NCBI GenBank assembly: GCA_031414535.1
Contig: JANNVQ010000010.1
Location: forward strand, 1 to 64,000
Direction: 5' to 3'
Source: Gemmatimonas sp.
Lineage (GTDB): Bacteria; Gemmatimonadota; Gemmatimonadetes; Gemmatimonadales; Gemmatimonadaceae
Length of the DNA stretch: 64,000 nucleotides
In this document: positions 58,100-64,000 of the stretch, one piece after another
Layout: each line of letters begins with the position of its first letter
Position numbering within the stretch: position 1 is the first letter of the stretch
Position numbers and translations under genes: made by a program
The notes under the pieces: model-generated
Databases searched by the model: none
The model's input: the letters and a program-made list of their open reading frames with translations, nothing else
Told to the model about the DNA's origin: nothing

Positions 58100-59182
58100 A
58101 TGAGAATCGCAATTTCCACCGGCGGCGGCGACGCTCCCGGCCTCAACGCCGTTATTCGCGCAGCCACCCTCTCGGCGCTCGACCGCGGCTGGTCCGTCCT
58201 CGGCATCAAGCGCGGCTACTTCGGCCTGCTCGGCGAGGATGATGTCATTCCGCTTACGCGCGATACAGTGCGCGGCATTGCGCACCTCGGTGGGACCATT
58301 CTTCGGACGACGAACCGTGGAAATCCGTTCTCGTTTCCGGTGCAGAATGCGGATGGCTCGTGGCGCGAAGTGGATCGCTCGGATGATCTGATTGCCAACG
58401 CGCGCAACTTGGGGATCGAGGCCATTATCTCCATCGGCGGCGACGGATCGCTGGCGATTGCGCAGAAGCTGGTAGACAAGGGCATGCGCATTGTGGGCGT
58501 GCCGAAGACCATTGATAACGACGTTGCCGGCACGGTCACGACATTCGGTTTTGACACGGCGGTGCAAACGGCCATCGAGGCAATCGATAAGCTGCAGACC
58601 ACTGCCGAGTCGCACGATCGCGTGCTGGTGCTCGAGGTGATGGGGCGCGAGGCGGGGTTTATCGCGCTACACGCGGGCCTAGCAGGGATGGCCAACGTCG
58701 TGCTGATCCCGGAGATCGCCTGGAAGCTCGACCACGTCTGTGAGCACATCATGGCGCGGCACAATCGCGGTCGGCGATTCGCGATTGTCGTGGTGGCTGA
58801 GGGTGCCAAGGATGAGCATGGCGAGGTGTCCATCATCGGCGAGTCCATGCCGGGCCAAGCGCAGCGGGTGGGCGGTATTGCGCACCATCTGGCGGGCGCC
58901 ATCCAGGCCAAGACTGGCAAGGAATGCCGCTCGATGGTGCTGGGGCATCTGCAGCGGGGTGGCATGCCCACGGGGTATGACCGTTTGTTGGCCACGCGGT
59001 TTGGCGGAGCCGCCGCGCAGGCGGTGGCAGACCAGAAGTGGGGTCACATGGTGGCCCTGCAGACCCCGCACATCGTGACCGTGCCCATTAGTGAGGCGCT
59101 CAAGGGGCCCAAGCGCGTGGATCCCTCGCACGACGTTGTGCAGACGGCCCGTCGGGCGGGGATTAGCTTCGGGGACCGGTAA
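58100..59182 (+). CDS. pfkA: 6-phosphofructokinase
   Basis: TGGGDAPGLN, GGDGS, PKTIDND, EVMGR, LGHLQRGG. Confidence 0.94.
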   Translation: MRIAISTGGGDAPGLNAVIRAATLSALDRGWSVLGIKRGYFGLLGEDDVIPLTRDTVRGIAHLGGTILRTTNRGNPFSFPVQNADGSWREVDRSDDLIANARNLGIEAIISIGGDGSLAIAQKLVDKGMRIVGVPKTIDNDVAGTVTTFGFDTAVQTAIEAIDKLQTTAESHDRVLVLEVMGREAGFIALHAGLAGMANVVLIPEIAWKLDHVCEHIMARHNRGRRFAIVVVAEGAKDEHGEVSIIGESMPGQAQRVGGIAHHLAGAIQAKTGKECRSMVLGHLQRGGMPTGYDRLLATRFGGAAAQAVADQKWGHMVALQTPHIVTVPISEALKGPKRVDPSHDVVQTARRAGISFGDR

Positions 59183-59255
59183 TCGCTCTTTTGGGGGACC
59201 GAAATCCCTCTAAAAGGGTAGAAATCCGAGCCAGTCCCGCGATATTGAGAGCGTC

Positions 59256-59774
59256 ATGCGCCGTCTTGTTTTTTTTGCCGCCTTCGCGGCCTTCCCGGTA
59301 TTTGCCGGGGCACAGAACACGCGGGCCGACCAAGAGAGGATCTCTGAGTCGGTTCCGGTGAACATGTTGCCCCCTGCTGGGAAGTGCCGCATTTGGATGG
59401 TTGGCGTGGCTCCCGAGCAGCAACCAGCGCCAACGGATTGCCAGACGGCGCTGCGTCAACGCCCCACGAATGGCGTGGTGGTATTTGGGCCAGTGGAGCG
59501 CGAGTCCGGAGCGAGCGGGTTCCGGGGCCGTCCGACGGTGGAGCGGGCACTGCGTGAGACGCCGCGTGAAACATCGCGTGAGACGCCACGTGAGACGCCA
59601 CGTGAGCCCGCAGCCGCGCCCGCGCGCGCTGACACTCGAGCGCCGAGCACCGAGACGCGCCCCGCGTCGCCAGCGCAGCCGCCGAGCGGCACGCGCCGCC
59701 CGACGGAAGATCCCGTGAAGAAGCCGCCGGCTGCTTCGCCGCCGGCGGTGATGTCCTGGGAGCTCACGTCGTAG
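59256..59774 (+). CDS. secreted hypothetical protein with Pro-rich tail and RETP repeats
   Basis: Signal peptide, PPAGKCRIW..PTDC, four 12-nt repeats. Confidence 0.7.
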   Translation: MRRLVFFAAFAAFPVFAGAQNTRADQERISESVPVNMLPPAGKCRIWMVGVAPEQQPAPTDCQTALRQRPTNGVVVFGPVERESGASGFRGRPTVERALRETPRETSRETPRETPREPAAAPARADTRAPSTETRPASPAQPPSGTRRPTEDPVKKPPAASPPAVMSWELTS

Positions 59775-62488
59775 GCGAGCCGACACCGCAGCGCCCGGTC
59801 CGCGACGCGTATCTCCCGCCGGACCGCGAGGCGTTTCTCCGCGCCGGTGGTCCGCGCGGCCGTATCATCATCATTGCACCCACTCGCGCCGCCTGCGAGA
59901 CCATCGAGCTGGCGTTCGGCCTCGACATCGAGACGGTGTTGTGGAAGTCTCGTGGCGAGGAGCTAAGCCGCATCGCGCTCGAGTTACGAGAGAGTGAGGA
60001 GCGCCCGCGTCGCGGCTTTGGCATCGTGGCGGGCACGGGCACGGGCAAGACGCTTTCCGTGAAGCCGCTGGCCAAGCTGCTGCTTGATACTGAGGAGTTG
60101 CGCGTCGGCGTGGTGAATCGTGAGCGCGAGGCCACGCCCGAGACGCCCACGTGGAACATCGTGATCGTGACCACGGGTATTGCGCGGCGCTGGTTCCAGG
60201 ACGGAGATATCCGCGCGCACGACACGCTGGTGGTGGACGAGATTCATCAAACGAGTGCGGAGCTCGAGCTCTGTCTCTCGCTGGGTAAGCGCGCGGGCTG
60301 CCGCTTTGTGTGGTTGAGCGCGACGGTGGATCCCTCGTTCTACAAGCGCTACCTGAATGCGGCGGCGGTAGTGGAATCGAGTGCCTTTGACCCACAGCGC
60401 GCTGCCAAGGTGGAGGTGGAGCGCAAGAAGCCGACGAGTTTCCTCGACGACAAGTTCATTCAGCGCGCCATCAAGGAGCGTCGTGGCATTGGGATGTTCT
60501 TGCCGACGCGCGCGGCGGTTGAGGAAGTCGCGTCAGATGTGGGCGCGCGCTACCCACGCATGCAGGTGGCGTTTTATCACGGTGGTGAGCCGATCCGTGT
60601 GATTCGCCCCTTCCTTGAGGGCGAAGTCGAGAAGCCTTTCCTGCTGGCGATGACGGCGGCAGGGCAGAGCGCGCTCAACGTGCAGGGTCTCGATACCGTG
60701 GTGATTGACGACACGCGCTTCGCGAACGTGGTGGAGCAGGGGCGCAACGTGCTGACGCGACTGCATCTTGGCGCCAACGAGATTCTGCAGATGGCGGGGC
60801 GCGTGCACGGTCGCGTGGCGGGTGGCCGTGTGTTCATCCTCAGTGACCGCGACATTCAGTTCGACAAGTTGCGCCCCACGGCGCCGGAATTTCAGCTCGC
60901 TGGCGATTCGGAGCGCGTGGCACTCACCTGCGCGGCGCTGGGCGTGCGCGCGGATGAGCTCGACCTTCCGGTGCCGCTCGACAAGCTGAGTTACAAGAAT
61001 TCGCTGGCCTTTCTTGAGAGCCGCGGGATTATCGAGAATGGACGGTTGACGGAGTACGGCAAGGCCGTTGAGGCGATGCCGGTTGACCGCTCCTGGGCCG
61101 AGCTGTTGGTGCATTGCTCGGATACGCTGCTGCCGTACGTGGCGGTGATGGCGAGCGTGGAATCGCTCCATCGCATGACGCGCGAGGATCGTGACCTTGG
61201 TGGGCTAATCGTGCCGGGTTCGGATCACCTGACCACGTACAACGTGTACGCCGAGGCTTTCACCAAGTGCGGCTACTTGGGTGATGTGTACGGCCTGCCG
61301 CGGCACATGTTTGACGAGAGCATTGAGACGTGGGCCGAAGGGCGTGGCGTGTTGGTGAAGTCGGTAGAGGATGCGGCCTTGGCGATGGCGAGCATTTATC
61401 GCTCCTGTGGCTTGCCGCTGCCCACCACAATGCCGCGCACGTCGTCGGATTTGGAGAAGCAGTGGATTGACCTGCTCGCCAAGATCATGCCGTTCTCGTT
61501 GGTGATTGACGAGGTCACGGCGAGTGGTGATGAGGCGCGCGTGTCCAAGACGAGCGTGTGCGGGAGTTGGGGCCCGATTGCCGGTAGCCTGCGCTACTTC
61601 GCGGACAAGTTCGGCGTGGCGCGCGCGGGCATCGAGGGGACGCAGTTGCCTCGTGATTTGATTCGCTCGTACGCTATCGGCCACGAGGCGAAGTTGGTGT
61701 ACGATGTGTCGCAGCGTGAGCGGCCGTTGGCATTGGAGCGGCGGCTCACATACTTCGGCTTCGAGTTGGAGCGCGAGCGCGATGCGGTGCAGGAATTCCC
61801 ACCGGGCCAAGAAGACGAGGCGCGGCGCGTGATTGCTGAGGCCATGGCGCGCGGTGAGGCGCGTCATCCTGCGGTGCCGCGCAACCAACCGTTGGTAGCC
61901 GAAGTTCGCGAAGCCTGGCGGCGCAGTGGCGGCACGCTGCCGCGGCTGGGTCAGGCGGAGTTGACGGCGTGGTACGCGAAGGAATTGGCGGGCGCGAAGT
62001 CGCTCGCGGAGTTCCGCGCGGCGCCACTCAAGTTCAATCCCAGTGAGTTCGTGCCGGCCACGGAGCGTTTGCGGCTCATGAACCTGCCGTCCTTCGTGCA
62101 CATCCGTGAGCGCGAAGTGCCGCTGCATTATGAGATTGAAGAAACGCCCGAGGGTCCGCGTGGCGTGGTGCGCTTGCACCTGCAGGAGAAGTTGGCGCGC
62201 ACTCTGGTGCAGGAAGAGCTACCGAAGCTGGATCGCCCGCTGCGCTTTGCGATTGGGCGCGGCGCGCGCGGCACGGTGAAGGCCGACACGCTCGAAGACG
62301 CGCAGGAAGAGTTGAATCGGCCTTGGATGCGTGAAGAGGCGGAGCGCCGGCCGGCTCGTCGCGGCGAGCGTGATGGCCGCGAGGGCCGCGAGGGCCGCGA
62401 TGGGCGTGGCGGTCGCGACGGGCGGGATTCGCGCGATAATCGTGGAGCGCGTCCGCCGTATCCGCGCGGTGGGAAGCGTCGGAAGTAG
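59756..62488 (+). CDS. DExH-box helicase (HrpB-like SF2); start uncertain
   Basis: GTGTGKT, DEIH, SAT, QMAGRVHGR. The frame is open from 59633 but the first GTG is at 59936. Confidence 0.85.
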   Translation: MGAHVVGEPTPQRPVRDAYLPPDREAFLRAGGPRGRIIIIAPTRAACETIELAFGLDIETVLWKSRGEELSRIALELRESEERPRRGFGIVAGTGTGKTLSVKPLAKLLLDTEELRVGVVNREREATPETPTWNIVIVTTGIARRWFQDGDIRAHDTLVVDEIHQTSAELELCLSLGKRAGCRFVWLSATVDPSFYKRYLNAAAVVESSAFDPQRAAKVEVERKKPTSFLDDKFIQRAIKERRGIGMFLPTRAAVEEVASDVGARYPRMQVAFYHGGEPIRVIRPFLEGEVEKPFLLAMTAAGQSALNVQGLDTVVIDDTRFANVVEQGRNVLTRLHLGANEILQMAGRVHGRVAGGRVFILSDRDIQFDKLRPTAPEFQLAGDSERVALTCAALGVRADELDLPVPLDKLSYKNSLAFLESRGIIENGRLTEYGKAVEAMPVDRSWAELLVHCSDTLLPYVAVMASVESLHRMTREDRDLGGLIVPGSDHLTTYNVYAEAFTKCGYLGDVYGLPRHMFDESIETWAEGRGVLVKSVEDAALAMASIYRSCGLPLPTTMPRTSSDLEKQWIDLLAKIMPFSLVIDEVTASGDEARVSKTSVCGSWGPIAGSLRYFADKFGVARAGIEGTQLPRDLIRSYAIGHEAKLVYDVSQRERPLALERRLTYFGFELERERDAVQEFPPGQEDEARRVIAEAMARGEARHPAVPRNQPLVAEVREAWRRSGGTLPRLGQAELTAWYAKELAGAKSLAEFRAAPLKFNPSEFVPATERLRLMNLPSFVHIREREVPLHYEIEETPEGPRGVVRLHLQEKLARTLVQEELPKLDRPLRFAIGRGARGTVKADTLEDAQEELNRPWMREEAERRPARRGERDGREGREGRDGRGGRDGRDSRDNRGARPPYPRGGKRRK

Positions 62489-62507
62489 ACCCCCAAGACG
62501 ACGGCTG

Positions 62508-62630
62508 CACCACGAAGGCACGAAGGGCTCCCAGGAGTATCTGTCATTGCCGCGCCCCCCAAAGTTCGCAGAACTTTAGGGGGCGCTTGGATTCACAGGC
62601 TCGCTCCGAACCCTTCGTGCCTTCGTGGTG
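62508..62630. repeat. 123-bp element with perfect 20-bp terminal inverted repeats
   Basis: CACCACGAAGGCACGAAGGG / CCCTTCGTGCCTTCGTGGTG, with an internal hairpin at 62552-62586. Confidence 0.75.
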
Positions 62631-62668
62631 AAATCCGTATTTAGTACTAACGGGGCTAATTTAGCCGC

Positions 62669-62775
62669 TTTGGACTGACGAGTCCTAATCGTTGTCTAGG
62701 TTGTAAGTTGTTTATTAACAACAACTTAACAACCAATATTCACGGGTGCATTGTTATTAGGACTTAGGGTCCTAA
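62669..62775. promoter_or_regulatory. putative TetR operators
   Basis: TTAGGAC-N5-GTCCTAA (62757-62775) and TTTGGAC-N6-GTCCTAA (62669-62688), upstream of tetR. Confidence 0.55.
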
Positions 62776-62785
62776 GTTTCTCCCC

Positions 62786-63379
62786 GTGACCCAAAAGCGA
62801 ATGCAAATCCTCGATGCCGCAGCGGAGTTGATCTCCGAGAAGGGCTTCGTGCAGACGTCAGTTGATGACGTCATTTCACGGGCTGGACTGAGCGGCAAGT
62901 CACACTTCTACCACTACTTCAAGTCCAAGGAATCGCTTGGGCATGAGGTACTCGCGCGCCAGTTCGACGTGTTGGCGGACCGCGGCCTCGCCATCCTGCG
63001 CGAGCCGACGCTCGATCCCCTTGAGCGCCTCAACGTGTTCATTGATTCGGTTGTCGCACTCCAAGCTGAGCGTGGAGGGCGCAGCGCCTCTCCGTTTGGG
63101 GCGCTCGCCACGGAGATGGCCGCGATGGACGAAGGATTCCGAGTCCGCATCGCGCGGGTGTTCCGCTCGTGGACCGAGGAAATCGCCAGCGTGCTTGAGC
63201 AGGTGCGGGACCGCCTCGAGGACGATGCTGATCCGTTGCGCCTGGCGCGCTTCGTGGTCGCGACGCTCGAAGGCGCTACGACAATGGCTCGAATGAAGAG
63301 AGATGTGAGTCTGATGCACGGCGTGGCCATGGACCTCAAGCGTTTTGTGGCCGGCCACGTGAAGCGCAGCGCAGTCTAA
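62786..63379 (+). CDS. TetR/AcrR family regulator (NemR-like)
   Basis: ILDAAAELISEKGF..TSVDDV..FYHYFKSKE. Confidence 0.92.
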   Translation: MTQKRMQILDAAAELISEKGFVQTSVDDVISRAGLSGKSHFYHYFKSKESLGHEVLARQFDVLADRGLAILREPTLDPLERLNVFIDSVVALQAERGGRSASPFGALATEMAAMDEGFRVRIARVFRSWTEEIASVLEQVRDRLEDDADPLRLARFVVATLEGATTMARMKRDVSLMHGVAMDLKRFVAGHVKRSAV

Positions 63380-63423
63380 ACAGCACGCACACCGTAGCAC
63401 ACGCAGCAGTTCCGGGAGGAACG

Positions 63424-64000
63424 ATGGCTTCAATGGCGGCTGGATTCGGAATGTTTGGAGTGGACAATCGCGCGGGCGAGCGCGAGGTCTCGGAAAGCCG
63501 TGCGCGCTTCGATGCGGAAGCACTCGCGCAGCTGGATGCGCTTTACTCCTTTGCGCTTAAACTGACCCGCGGCCGCGACGAGGCCGAGGATCTCGTGTCC
63601 GACACGTTGCTCCGCGCCTTCCAGCGCTGGGAGCAGTACCGGCTCGGCACCAACATCCGCGCCTGGTTGTTCACGATCCTTTATCACGCCTTCGTCAGCC
63701 GCAAGCGCCGCATTGATGCGCGCGAAGTGCAGCCGCTCGAGGACGAAGAGGGCCGTGAGATCTTCGAGGCCGTGGGCGACATCAATCCGGAAGGGACGTT
63801 CTACGATTCCTTTGTTGACCAGGAAATCGTCGATGCAATTCAGAACCTGCCCGAGGAGTATCGCGCGGCAGTGGTGATGAGCGACCTGCACGGACTGCGC
63901 TACGGGGAGATTGCTCAGGTGCTCGGCGTGCCGGAAGGGACAATCAAGAGCCGGCTGTTCCGTGGGCGGCGGTTGTTGCAGGCGCAGTTGCGTGGGTATG
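63424..64000 (+). CDS. ECF sigma-70 factor (partial, runs off window; absent from ORF track)
   Basis: GGAGGA RBS, ATG at 63424. Translates to LDALYSFALKLTR..EAEDLVSDT..WLFTI..GTIKSRLFRGR. Confidence 0.9.
   Translation, partial: MASMAAGFGMFGVDNRAGEREVSESRARFDAEALAQLDALYSFALKLTRGRDEAEDLVSDTLLRAFQRWEQYRLGTNIRAWLFTILYHAFVSRKRRIDAREVQPLEDEEGREIFEAVGDINPEGTFYDSFVDQEIVDAIQNLPEEYRAAVVMSDLHGLRYGEIAQVLGVPEGTIKSRLFRGRRLLQAQLRGY

Noticed and set aside
62365..62445. 9-nt repeats at the helicase 3' end
   Set aside because: They encode an ordinary low-complexity RDG/REG tail common in RNA helicases.

Overview
GC-rich bacterial chromosomal window. Gene content and protein style suggest Gemmatimonadota (inference). 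It is mostly housekeeping and accessory genes: M28/M14 peptidases, an ABC-DUF3299 unit, greA, glpD, fadI-fadJ, rsgA, pdxH, two ECF sigma factors, xth, class II RNR, htpX, a TonB receptor, fused E1, nadE, PBP1A, lon, two Ser/Thr kinases, pfkA and two helicases. Four non-coding signals stand out. (1) Bases 1-2760 are the head of a minus-strand integron-type cassette array: three ~135-bp attC sites, an attI-like site, and no integrase beside it. One cassette has a mutated R'' box and one is nearly ORF-less. (2) About 22 arms of a (GACGGAW)3 heptamer palindromic repeat are dispersed through the window. They also lie in frame inside genes (NadE linker, signal peptides) and bracket a whole small gene. 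(3) A cobalamin riboswitch precedes a B12-dependent-type ribonucleotide reductase, the opposite of the usual logic. (4) A highly structured ~170-nt leader that I could not assign to a known family sits directly upstream of a stand-alone HNH nuclease. All calls are by eye; no searches or folding programs were run.
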